In this document: piece after piece, positions 1 to 63,272 of the stretch
How the letters are laid out: each line of letters begins with the position of its first letter
Position numbering within the stretch: the first letter of the stretch is position 1
Assembly: GCA_030141605.1 (NCBI GenBank)
Contig: JAQGDQ010000074.1
Coordinates: 248,001-312,000, forward strand
Direction: 5' to 3'
Length of the DNA stretch: 64,000 nucleotides
Source of the DNA: Tubiluchus corallicola
Taxonomy: Eukaryota; Animalia; Priapulida
The notes under the pieces: generated by a model
Databases searched by the model: none
Seen by the model: only the letters and a program-made list of their open reading frames with translations
What the model was told of the DNA's origin: nothing
Translations under genes and position numbers: made by a program

Positions 1-566
1 TAGTATGTTAAAACAGTGGGCTATAAAAGCCTCATGGCTTGTGTTAACTGCTGAATTTAAAGCTGGCTTAAAATAAATGTTTTTATTACCTGAACAAAGA
101 CATTTTCTCTTTATAAATTTTCAATACTATTTAAATGATTATCCCACACATTGGCTCAAAGAATTGATTACGAAGTAAATAAATGAATAAAAACTTGTTA
201 TTTGCATGAAAAAGACTTCATTACAAGTATTTGGCATTTTTCAGTGTATAACAGCACATGGAAATTTGGGCTCCTCTCCAGAGAACTACTTTCACATTGA
301 AGAATGCCAAAATGCATACATGCAGTGAAACTTTCTTCTTTGCTAAATATTATCTGTTCTAAAAACCCTAACAATCTTTAAATGTTTTGCATTTCAGTTT
401 GCCAATAAAATATTCACATTTATAAACTTTAATAATTTAATTACTTTCAGTCAAGTGCTACATAAGTTGCTATTTAAGCAATATCAATGCTTAAGATATT
501 TTGAAATTAAGCACTGCAGTTCATTTGTCATTCATCAACTATGAAACGCCAACTGGTCTAACTTAC

Positions 567-653
567 TCGAGAATGGTATGGATTGCCTGTTAGCCTACAA
601 TCTCGCCTATAGAACATTAGGTCATAAGGGTCAGTTGTGTCTCTTCCTCTCCA
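567..653 (-). CDS. NDUFA1: NADH dehydrogenase 1 alpha subcomplex subunit 1 (MWFE), coding exon 2
   Basis: On the - strand, ttttttttaattttcag| precedes an 87-nt exon followed by |gtaagt. The only open frame reads WRGRDTTDPYDLMFYRRDCRLTGNPYHSR, matching the invertebrate MWFE motif M/F-Y-x-R-D-x-R-L-T-x-N-P-Y. The terminal exon (expected GLE...) was not found in the window and probably lies left of base 1. Confidence 0.9.
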
Positions 654-879
654 CTGAAAATTAAAAAAAAGAGTTAGCACATACCACTAAATCAGCACAT
701 ACACACCCTCTCATATGCAGGCATGCATATAACACACACACGCACGAACACTAGTTTGTGTTTTATTAAATAATTAAATAGTAGGTTTAATTTGTTCTTA
801 GTTTAGTTTGAAAATACAACTAAAAATCTAATTAATTTGAAACAAAAATACAATTTGAAAATGGAGAAATTCTGATAGT

Positions 880-2850
880 ATAACTCCTACGGGAACTACT
901 ACTGAAAAATCCATATTTATTGGTATTTCACCATAGTTGATGCAGGCAGGCTTAATGATTCAATATGTCATTATATATATTTTATATATATTATATATAA
1001 AAGTTGATATAATTTGTGTAATTGAAAATTGAGTAAACTCAGGAATTTTTGATAGGGAAGTAAATATATCTGACTATTCTATATTTCGAAAAGACTGAAA
1101 TCGCAGGACAGATTGAAATTGATTGAGACACAATAGCTTGAGATAATGAGCTTGTAAAGTTCACTACCAACAAGTGTGAATCAATTTTGGTTTAGATTGA
1201 TTTTACTAATAGCACCAATGTTGTCATTGGAAATATATGCTGAATCTTGAGGCATTTTCTATTTGATAAACAAGGTGCAAATTTTTCAGGTGGGTCAGAG
1301 TTGATGCTAACAGGTGACTTTAATTTAGCTTAGACTTAAATGATGCACACAATCAAACTTGTTAAACAACCTGTGTGTGTCAAGAATGCAACATCTGCAA
1401 AAGATTCTACATTAATTGACTACCTATACGTATCATACAAGACATTACATATTGTATAATAAAATCTTCAGTTTCTTGATGTACGTTTAAGCAACCACTT
1501 GATGATGTATATTATTAGAAAAACCGACATTCATAAGGCCACTGCAGTGGTCAAGACACTTTGCTGTTATAATAAACATTTTCACTCAGTTCGATTTAGA
1601 TCTGAACTTGCAAATACGAATTTTTTTTTAATACTGGAAATGTTCATACAGCACAGTCATTGCCTAGAGAAAGATTTATAAAAGCAAAGCAAATCAATGG
1701 AAATGACTGATTAATCTAAATGTAAAAATTATTGGAACATGGTAACAGACAAAGTTGGAGAAGACAGAAAGTTATTTCTAGGAAAAACTAACCGGCTGCA
1801 ATGGAAATCCAAATCAATTTTTGGAAAGTTATAAAACGGGTCCTACGTGACAGAAAAGATACATATATCTCAAAACTGAAGCCTAACAGCACTGAATATA
1901 CAACTGTTAAAAATAATTACCAGTACTTTTAATTGTCTTTTTGTGCTGCAGCTAAGAGTTTTGCCCATAGCTTACCAAAATTTCAATTTTCATTTACACA
2001 GCCACGTGATTGAACTAAAATTGTAATAAAATGTCTGTAAAAAATTAAAGACTATTAAAATGTTAGATGACTGGTTAGGCAAAATTGATGAAGAAATGTG
2101 TCATGCTTTATCTTACATTATTAACTTGTCTTTTGAAACTGGAAAACACCAGCAGGCTGGAAATTAGCAAAAATAAGCCCAATTCACAAGTTGGGCTCTA
2201 TGTCAGAACCAAACAGTGATAGACCTATAACTGACTTTCCTGTGTTTTCTAAATGAACTAAGAAGTTAATGTCTTGAACAAATGCATAAGCACACTACAA
2301 AAATAACTTATTTCTGGTTCTTAGTGTGGCTTACAACCAAAGCTTTCAACAATAAATTATATGCATGAATTTACTGATTCATAATGTCACTGATAATGGA
2401 ATGATCACTGGTACTGTACTTTTAGATCTAAAGAAAGCATTTAACACATGTGGTTAATTTAAAAATTTTACTCCAAAAACTTGTTGAAATAGGTTTATAT
2501 CTGAACAAGCATATGCTTGGTTTTCTTCATATCTGCAGCAATCCGTTTAATAGAAAACAGCATATTGTTATAAATGGTGACATCTCCAATGCGATTTACG
2601 TACTATTGCATGAAGTTAATAGTGTACTGAATACTGAACTTGCTTCGCTCATCAGTGGTTAAGTGTTAATCAATTATCTCTTAATACGAGTAAAACGAAA
2701 TTAATGCTATTTGGGTCACGACAAAATTGGCTGCTTTGCCTGACGTAAACCTAATTGTAAACTGTAAATGCGTAATAATATGTTCCTTGAGAAATACAAA
2801 AATATTTAGGTAGGCAATAAACTACAATCTAAATTTCAGTGAGTAAGTAA
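880..2850 (+). mobile_element. Decayed non-LTR retrotransposon (CR1/L2-like LINE, APE endonuclease + RT remnants) in the NDUFA1 intron
   Basis: Broken frames with endonuclease motifs (ELMLTGDFN ~1298-1324, STLIDYLYVS ~1406-1435, SNHLMMYIIRK) and RT motifs (WKLAKISPIHKLGS..RPI ~2158, TGTVLLDLKKAFNT ~2407, LNTSKTKLMLFGSRQK ~2680). Many stops and frameshifts; boundaries approximate. Confidence 0.8.
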
Positions 2851-3213
2851 ACAGGCACTTCCACTTGAATCACCAGCGTGCATTATTATTAGCTGTTCAT
2901 GCCGAGAATGACGTCCGACACAGATGAAAATCAAAAAAGCTTGATATCGTCAAACTGAAATGAAATCCAAATTCCAATGTCAGTGTCTACGCGGTCCTCC
3001 AACACTAACAAACACTCACAGTATTTTGAACGGCCGTGTAAACGACCATTAAGATTTATAACTGAGTCTATAACATTATGTAGTGACTTGATGACCTACG
3101 GTCTTTTCTTGCCCCATCTTCACGGATAAAGTTATTTTTTCGTAAAATGTAAATTTGTGACACATTTGGAGAAAATAAATGTCTATGTCTATGTATGTAA
3201 ATCACGAGCCTAC

Positions 3214-3312
3214 CTTTCCATTAATCATATATGCAAACAGCCAACTAGTGAACGTGGGAACACATAATACGCCAACCGTAATGCCAAAAGCAGGTAAAAT
3301 TTCATACCACAT
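3214..3312 (-). CDS. NDUFA1: NADH dehydrogenase 1 alpha subcomplex subunit 1 (MWFE), coding exon 1
   Basis: ATG at 3312 (-) encodes MWYEILPAFGITVGVLCVPTFTSWLFAYMINGK, then |gtaggc. It has the diagnostic MW[FY]EILP N-terminus plus one transmembrane helix. It is 99 nt, phase 0, and joins exon 653-567. Confidence 0.93.
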
Positions 3313-3436
3313 GTCAAAAAAGCAAACTACGAACTACAAATTTAAAAAAGCAATAAACAATGTCACAAATTCGGAAATCAGAGAGGCAATTTTGAGGGTC
3401 CAATTTCAGCAATAGCACTACGCTTCAACACTTTGC

Positions 3437-4895
3437 CTTTGAAGAAAACATAGGAGTTCATCAATGTGGCGGAAGAAAAAACAGAGGGTCTATGACCATC
3501 TATACACCTTGAGGGCAATGTTAGAGTATAACAGGTTTTGTAAACATGAAGTGTACATAATTTTTTGTGACACCATTGGGTAAAATAGATCAGATAGAAA
3601 TAAATGAAATAGTCCGACAGGGAACAGTGCTGGGACCATTACTATGTTGTGCTGCAATAAACCGGATTAATGAGATGGTGACAACAGGGACTGTAATGGG
3701 CAGGAATATACATGTGGGTATGTCATTATTCATTGACGATATTGTCGGAATAGGACAAGAAACTATAATCAAGCAGATGATTAAAAACTGTCAAAAAATT
3801 GAAAGAACCAAAAGGTTATCATTCAATATACAGAAAACACAATATATGAGAACTAACATGACACGAAAGAAAATGATTCCAGAATTATGTGAGTCGTGGA
3901 GGTTAAGGAACGGAGAGGTTAAGGAAGCAGAGGAATACCAATATTTTGGAGATTGGATTAATACAAAATGTGGTTATGAAACAATGTTTGGGAAAACGAA
4001 CCGGGAAACATAAAATGATAATTAGTTACATCAAAACAATAGGAGGTGAGATGAAAGTGGGAGATTGCTCAATAGGGGTAAAACTAATGCTGTACGAGCA
4101 TCTTTCGGTGAGTGCAGTGCTAAATAGTTCTGAGACATGGTCAAATTTGACAGCAACTGATTGGGAGAAATTAAAAACATTATCTAATCTTAGTGAATCA
4201 ACCCCATACTGGAGATTAGTAACTGAAATAGGCATATGGCCTCTAAAACATAAAGTAAATTATAGAGATTGATGTTCTATCGGAATTTACTGATTAGTAA
4301 ACCAAAGAGATTAGCATCAGGTACTCGAAATGCAAATAAACAGTGTACATAAAAGGTCATGGTATAATGAAGTAGTTGAGGCTGCAAAAAATATACTATA
4401 GATGCTAATAAAGAAAGGGTGAAGGTCATGAAAAAGTCTGAATGGAAGAAAGAAATAAAGAATAAGATTGAATGTTGTATAAATAAAGAATGTGCAGAAA
4501 AATGCAGGAGCAGCACTAAATTAAGATTTTTAAGGCATACCGAGTGGAAACGACAAAATTACATAGACACATGCAAGCCAGAAGAGGTTAAAGATATATT
4601 GAAAATAAGACTGAATATGATTAAAGTTAAAGAGAACTACAAGAATGAGTTTAAGGATCAGTTATTATGCCCAGTGTGTGAGGAAGATCATGACATTACT
4701 GAACATATGCTTAGATGTTACAGATATGGAGAATGGAAAAAAAATTTGAACTCAGATGTATTAATGAACAGTGAAAAGAAAAGATTGCTAGAAATTAGAA
4801 AACTAGTGAACGAATGTATGGAATACAGGATAAAGACAAATAAAGACATTAAACTTGGAAAAGACAACTAAAAGAACAGCGTTAAAGAAGAATAG
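3437..4895 (+). mobile_element. 5'-truncated, internally deleted non-LTR retrotransposon (RT + C-terminal Cys/His domain)
   Basis: RT motifs HQCGGRKNRG..HLYTLRAM, VRQGTVLGPLLC, LFIDDIV and EYQY(F)GDWI; C-terminal CPVC..TEHMLRC; frameshifted. A candidate 7-bp TSD ACTTTGC lies at 3430-3436 and 4896-4902. Clade not determined. Confidence 0.85.
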
Positions 4896-5699
4896 ACTTT
4901 GCACCCTATGAAGGTGCCCGCCTCTGTAGGTGGAGAGAGTATCGCCATCGCAATCGCAAAAGGTTGGGATGTAGCCAGCGCTTCGAAGGTGACGCGCATT
5001 GCTAAAAAGGTTTTGACCAGAGCAGCTGCAGCTGCAGCAGCAAACAGTGGAGCGCTCCAATAAAGAATAGAGGTTCTATGTCTACAATAGATGTTTAGAG
5101 CAACAGAAGAAATAATGTGATCATCTCTTCGGACGGACGGTAATGTGTGACGCGTAATGTTCAGTTCAGTGCTTGTACCTTTTTGTATCAAGGTGAGCAG
5201 TCAAAGACTGCTATTCGGCTAAAATTAGTATGAAAAAATGTATAAGCCAAACTCTTAATTCCAACTTCACTTGGTGGTCTTCGGTATGTCCACTCTGCAT
5301 AAAACAGGCAAAGCATTATTCACAAATTTCTTTTTTCAGTCATGTGCAGCATAGTTCAAAACCTTTTCGTTTCTCAAAATAATTTGTGTACCATGAATAT
5401 TCATAAATTGATTACAGATTAGTCCGACTGTCATTAAAAACGCAAAAATATTATTAATTGATTATATTAGGCCTACGTATAAATCGCAAGTATCTTGAAA
5501 TGCTAATAACCATATTCATTCCATATTAGGTAAAATTTGCAGTATTTCAAAAATTATCATCATTCATTTAAAGTTACAATAGTACAATTAACAATTTAAA
5601 CCTTTCAGCTTACAATTGTCAGATCCCTTCCAAAACAGTATTATTATTGAAAGAGGTTTATAACCTCTTCAGTTATATAATAAAAAAATATAATGTAAT

Positions 5700-6060
5700 G
5701 TTATTTTTTATAATTTATATAATAAATTACTTCTCGTAAATCATCAGCATTTTCAGATTTAATGATATTTCCGTTTAAAATTTTGTTTCTAGGCAATATT
5801 TTTGTCATTACTTCACATTCCAACAAATGCTCTGTAATATCGCCCTCTCTGTTGAACTCTGGACATTTTAAATCTTTGAAAGAACATTTGTAGTTATATT
5901 TAACCATCACCATATTCAATATGGCTACATATACCTCTCTCAATTCCTCTAACTTCATTACATTCTCATACTTTTTAACTCTCCCATCTCCATAACTGAA
6001 AAACTTAAGTTTTGCTTTTGTTTGCTTGCATTCTTTGTTTAAAAGTCCAAATATTTTTAT
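5700..6060 (-). mobile_element. 3' fragment of a LINE related to the 3437-4895 element, opposite orientation
   Basis: LNMVMVKYNYK..KDLKCPEF..DITEHLLEC parallels IRLNMIKVKENYK..QLLCPVC..DITEHMLRC of the upstream element. Confidence 0.7.
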
Positions 6061-6229
6061 TTTTCACCAACTTCTACACAGATAAATTTTAATTCCTTTG
6101 ACTTTTCACACTCAGCTGAACTTTTCACCCGTCTTTTAGATTTCTTCTGTCCATACGAATCTGCTTCTCCCACATTAGCATCACCATCTTTCTCTTTCTA
6201 GCCTCTCCTTGTTTTCTTCTTCATTAATG

Positions 6230-6730
6230 GCGTCTAGTGTCCATTCACTGTTGATGCACTTTATACCATTGGAGCAAAGACAGAATGTGAATTGTAAATC
6301 CAAAACTTCTTTTCTGATAACTATCGGAGACCATCTACACTAGAAAAAATGAATGGTCACTCACCCCAATGACCACCATCATGGTATTCCCTAGTAACTA
6401 TTTTTCACTGTGCAAGAGAGTAATCTCTTTTCACTTCGAAGTCAGATATTGTTATCAAAAGAGGCAGTCCGGCATTCCGGTATTTTTCTGACCATGTGTT
6501 TCCGGCCTGTATTTTTCTGACTATCTGCTTCACGGATTCCTGTGAAGGCAAAAGAGATACTGCCTGCCTCATATTGTAATGTAGCTGATAATATATCTGT
6601 AATAATAGCTGGTGGATTTTTGGTTGCCAGTAAGAACCGTTTATCCATTGCTTCGATTTTTTTCTTTTAACCATTTGCTTGAAACTCCTCAAAGTCTAGA
6701 AGGTGGTTAACTGGTTCTGATGAGGTATGC
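6230..6730 (-). mobile_element. Possible decayed Mutator/MULE-like transposase fragment
   Basis: Stitched - frames read NPPAIITDILS...LLPSQESVKQIVRKIQ...FIFSSVDGLR.LSEKKFW. This resembles the MULE pre-catalytic region (P.QII...LPS..SLK..IRR; IIFS...L..L....W). Degenerate; recognised by pattern only. Confidence 0.4.
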
Positions 6731-6937
6731 AATAGTTTTTGCACATCTGCTTTTGGAACCTCTACGCATGTACAGTATTGTATTGTATTTTATGGTGTTG
6801 TACACCAAGCATGTTTTGTTTCTGTATTTCAATGAACAACCAGCTGCTAAGTTCTTACAAATATGATAGTTATAGCATATCAATATTTTTATTTCATGTC
6901 TCTTTATTTCAGTTAGAAGTTGACTGCATGTGTGAGA

Positions 6938-57992
<51,055 letters not shown>

Positions 57993-58439
57993 ATCGCAGG
58001 GTTGGTTCGCTTACTTTACTTGAGTCAGTTTTTTTGTGTAAACTTGGAAATTTGTTAGTGCACACGCTTGATCAGAATCTTTACTGAATGCTCATGGTTT
58101 GTAATAACCTGCTTGTATGAGTATTAAGTTGTGGACTGTATCACATTACAAGTGTATATTATGAACATCCCTTGTTGTAGTCATGCTCATGGTCTCGATA
58201 ATGGATTATGCACTATTTACATGGACTTTCACATATAGATGTCAACATAAATGTAAAGAATCTTGAATGATGGGTTATAATATTCCCAAGTTATTAGGCT
58301 GCAAAAATTTGTTGACCAATAGGCAATGCGTTTTATCGTGGCGCCACAGTTTGCATTATTTGTACATTGTGCAATAGATCAAGTTATGCCTGCATATGTA
58401 AATAATTAAACATTGCTTGGTACTGTGCATGCATTAAAT

Positions 58440-58445
58440 AATAAA
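58440..58445 (+). promoter_or_regulatory. Candidate INTS1 polyadenylation signal
   Basis: AATAAA about 450 nt after the stop, with a T/GT-rich tract downstream. Alternatives at ~58800, ~59489 and ~59542. Confidence 0.4.
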
Positions 58446-60529
58446 GACTGTAAATAGTGAGAGTGAAGTTTCTTGCATTTTTATGCTGGTAACTGGAGTG
58501 TTGTTACAGTAAGGCTGCCTACACTTCTTCCAGTTTGTTTGCCACTTCCATTTTTCATTTGTTAAACTGTCATTTTAACTTTCATTTTCACCTTGCAAGC
58601 TCCCAGTGAATACCTTATCTTTCAGTGATACAAGTTTTAACACATCTTTATCTACAGGCCCTTAAGGTCTGTTATGTCATTTCTATTTGTTAAGTGTTTA
58701 CAGTCTCATTTTTAACTGGCAAATTTTAAGAAAACATCATATTTCAAATGTGTAACATTTTAACACAAATTCACACTTTAGGTTGTCTTTAATGCCTATA
58801 ATAAATTAATAACCAAACAAAAGCCGCTAAATCTAAATATTGGTGTCTGTATTGAGGCATGGACACGATTATTATTACTCTTTCACAGCTTCACATGCTT
58901 ACTTGAGAACTGGAAAATTATAACCACATTCACTAATGATCAGAAAGGAGCAAATTTTTACACTTGCTATATTTTGATTAAATTTTATTTTATCACTAAA
59001 TTCTGCATTAAATACTTTTCAACGCATTTAATATTTTAAGCCTTTTTCCAGGATAATACATCAATAATTTATGGTGAAAACAACTGTTAATGGATTACCT
59101 TGGCTGTTCATCAAAGGAAAGACTATTTTTGTTTGAAATCCTATAATGTGGAGAATTTAATTAAGGAATTCCTCGCGTAGGCGAATTTTGTGAGCTTCTT
59201 GCTACATAATGCAGCCATTTTGTAAATAATATCTGAATTGAAAACGACTTTTCGTAACATTAACAAGAAAAGAATTTTGAAGCCAAATTTTATTTGTACT
59301 TTATTTAATACTTCTTTGTTTTGTTTCAAAATATTGTGAAACCATGTACATTGTACAGGTCAGTATTGTAATTTATCTTGTTTGTGAGCGCAAACATTTT
59401 TTAACCATTGGGAAAATTTAATTGTTGCGATTTTTCGTTGTTGCACTTAAGAGGCCTGAAATTACTGAAGAGGTTTGTAATCAATAACAATAAAGTTTGT
59501 GCCATTAATAACTTTTGTTAATTTATTATCCTTGTGCTAAAAATAAAGTTGTTCTGAGTGCCCAGGGAATAGCTGAGTGTTGCTATGATGCGTGTTTCAC
59601 TGCAAAGTTAAGCAATATATATATATATGCCAGTTTTGGTTAGTAAATGAATGGGTGACTGATGGTGAAATTGATTCTGGGCGGATCAGCCATATGTAAT
59701 AGATGTTGTTTTTGATGCAAGTTAGATGTAGTCAAAGTCACTTTTGTGAGGCGGATAAGGCTGTAAAGTGAACTGAGCTGGAGAGTTAAGACGAGATGGT
59801 ATTAAAATGAGATGACACGAGATGAGATAAGACATCATGTGATATGCTGTGTGTGGGGAATTTTTAATTTGTGAATTGGTGGAAAATTTGATATCATATA
59901 ATGAGGTGGCGTAACGGATTAACTTTGTAGCAAAAGTAGCATATGCTATGTACTGGATGTTTGTACCAAACTGACGTAGTAGCATATGTCACGTTTCTGA
60001 GCATCCTGTCCTAAATTCTTGCAAGCAGTCTGACGAAATTAGAAATAGCATTTCATCTGTCACATTAATGTTTACTTGTCAGGAGCTGCATCTTTAATTT
60101 TTCACTATTTTAAATGGCAGTTCTCTTTATTTTCTAATTTCAAACAAATTTCAAGGGTAAGTTATTAGGGTCTTTCTTGATAATTTTACTCATGAAGCGG
60201 GCCTAGTTACTAATAGTGGACTTTAACACTTAACATTATGTCCTTGTAGCTTGCACGCGCAGATTTAGACTTACTACAAGTTAAGATTGCTTTTACAGCT
60301 TAAAAGCTTAATTTTATGGCACTTTACTGAGTTTAGCGAGATTACGACTGGTTTGCTTCACTTACCAATATATCTATATAGCCACCTTTTATATCATATC
60401 ATTCAGCTTTCCCGCATCTTTTTAGTTTTCTTATGGTTTGAACCACTTTATAATATATGTAGGTTAGTTTGGCCCTTGTAAGATAAAGGGAGATGAGCTA
60501 AGATAAGGTTTCCTGTAGGGAGAAGTTAT

Positions 60530-61250
60530 GTGACAGGGTGTAATATGAGAAATATGACAAGGTAGTATTGGTGTGGTATATCGACATGTAATGAGATATA
60601 ATATGTGGTACAATGTAAGGACTACTGGGTCTAGAATAGAATTTGTGTGAAGGAAGGTGATGAGTAATGAATAAACTGTGTGGCGAGCAACGAGCATCTT
60701 GTGGAGCGATATGTTGAGTGATAAGTACTGTGAATAACGTGCATTGTGTGGAGCAAGGTGTGACTAGAACAAAATATTGTGTGGAAGGACGTGATGAGTA
60801 ATAAGTATTATATGGAATGGTGTGGCGAATAATTAGTACTATGTTGAGTAATACGTACATGTGCGACATAATGAGTATATTGACGAGTGTGATGAGGAAA
60901 GAGGTGTTGCATGGAATGGTATGGTGAGTAATTGACTAACTCAGTGAAGCGATTATGAGTGACGAGTATTATACAGAGCGATGTGATGAGTAATTAATAC
61001 TGTGTGGTGCAGTGTGATGAGTAATTAATATTGTTTGGGACAATGTGATGAGTAGTGAATATTACGTGGAGCGGTCTAGTGAGTAATGAGCATTCGGTGG
61101 ATTATGCCTGTTCGTGTGAGAGCTGTGAAGTATTGTGTGGAGTGGCGTGGCGTGACGAGTAGTGAGACATATGGAAATGGTGTATGTGATGAGAAAAGAT
61201 GAGTACTATGGGGTGAAAAGTAATGAAGCATTATGTGTAGTGATGTAACA
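60530..61250. repeat. Degenerate ~31-bp minisatellite array
   Basis: Consensus approximately gtgtgatgagtaatgaatattgtgtggagcg; clearest consecutive units near 60981, 61012 and 61043; roughly 20 diverged copies. Confidence 0.8.
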
Positions 61251-63029
61251 ACGAAAGGAACGCATAGAGTAATGAAGCGATAAGGTTGGGGAGGTTGGAG
61301 AAAAATGATTATGAAGTGTTTATGTGGTTTGATAAAGTAAGGTTAAGCGAGATTTGAGACAGGTGATGTGCGACACTTGAGAAAGACAGGCAGTTAAAAT
61401 GAAATTGTGCACGTACTGTATAGTTTACTCGATCTGCCCTTTTGTGTAAGTTACGTTAAAGTTCTTTTGGTATGCAACAGGGTATGATGAAATATAATTA
61501 ATATTAGTTCAATCATAATAAATCCACTCACAGGAAGCGGAAGGCTGCTCTAATTTTCATTTAATCTGCTTAAACTGCTGCGCTTACTCTAATTATCTCG
61601 CGCTTGATTTTAATTTAAGTCTTAATAACCTCATTAAACAAGACAAGATAAATTTTAGTTAAGTAGATGAATGCTCGTCCCGATATTCACCCGACAAATG
61701 CTCTCTATCTGGATTTATTGCAAAGAGCGAAGATGAGAGCTGAGTGGCGTATTTCTGCTCAGTTGTGGCGTTATAAGAAATAAGACCTGGCTAGCAAATG
61801 AATTGGTGACTGACAGTTAGGCTTGGGCGTTTGATCTACAGTGATCTATACCACACTGCTTTCAACTATTTTCGTCGTTGATGGAAGATATAAAAAGTAT
61901 ATGTGCCCATTTACACATTTGTGTATACATTGATGTGTTTGTGTTGTGTGCGTGCTTGCGTGTGTGGGCGCGCTTTGCTTGCGTCAGTATCATTATGCAC
62001 GATATTTATTAATACACTAATTTTATTCTGTGCGGTTATATTCCATTCAGAGTGGGCAATATGTTGTAAGGCCAAAGATAAAAAATTAGGTGTTCACTGT
62101 CCTATAAATATATCGTCAGCTTTGGTTGAATCAGCCCCACTAAGGTTAGCGTTATATAAAATAAAAACTGTGCTGAAGTAACCTGTGTCCGTTGGTTCAA
62201 ACCAAAGGTCACATTAAAGCATCAGCTGTCAACAAACTAGTGATAGTAAAACATAATGATTTGTTTGACTGTTTTTATAAGGTGGCGTCTAAGAATGTTA
62301 ATTTTATAATTCATGATGATCTTTTACGTGCGTGACTATACGATATACATACGTCTATAGTATAATGCGTGATAAATATACTAAGACTGTAAATGCATTT
62401 CAATGACATATTCTTTAATAACGCTCCTTGCTCTGTGCGAACATTAAATGTGCTACTATTGTGCTACATTATCATTACATGTGCTACTAGCTGTTTTCGT
62501 GTTAAAGTATTTATTTAATTTCGCTTTAATGAGTTTGTTTCTACTTACTTTAATTTTAGCACAATTGCTAATAATTGACATCAGTCATGGATGAGACATT
62601 CGTCTATAATTGTAAAATACATATTTTTCTCACACTTAACAGGCATGTAACACAAATCGTTGTGCTCTGCAGCTTTAATACCTACATAAGCGAACCACGC
62701 TTGACCTCCCTGTATCAGGCCTTGCCTGTCCTTAAATATTTCCTGTTGCTGAATCTTTCCCGCCAGACTTGTCAACAGGAAGTGATCTATCAATAATTAA
62801 GAACGTTCCGTAAGCCTTATTGGATAATGTTTGTCTGCTAGTTAATTTGGCTATTGTGACTGCGACTTGAATGGGCCTATGTCAGGTCCATTTTGTATAG
62901 ACTACAGGATCGATACACATTATATAGTCTAGGATGGATGCGCGATTCTCTTCTTAATTCTGCTTGAGAATGACACACACTGCGTGTAGTATCTCTGTGT
63001 TGAATCTTATGTGTTGTCAAATAGCATTA

Positions 63030-63272
63030 TTCTTTCTTTTCTTTCATTTTCGTTGTCGCCTTTTCCTTCCCTTCGTTTGCATTTCTTTCCTTTTCAGTTC
63101 CAGTTTCCTTTTCTTCTGCTTGTTCTTTCACTTTCTTTTTCAATATTGGATTACCTAGTATTTTCTTCTTTTACATCCTTGTTTCCGTTTCATTCCTTTC
63201 TCTTCGCTTCTATTCCCTTTCCTTTACCACCCCATCAACCCTTTTCAATCCTTCTCTTTCGTGTCTTTTTTT
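63030..63272. repeat. Polypyrimidine low-complexity tract
   Basis: About 240 nt strongly enriched in C/T on the + strand, ending in tttttttaaaaaaaa. Confidence 0.7.

Noticed and set aside
4868-5191. 107-aa - strand ORF with a poly-Ala run
   Set aside because: Non-ATG start, no recognisable domain, and the Ala run comes from a short GCA/GCT repeat. More likely promoter or LINE 3' sequence.
60530-61250. CRISPR-like array or snoRNA C-box cluster
   Set aside because: The units are contiguous degenerate tandem copies with no unique spacers, the context is eukaryotic with no cas genes, and the TGATGA cores have no paired D boxes or terminal stems.
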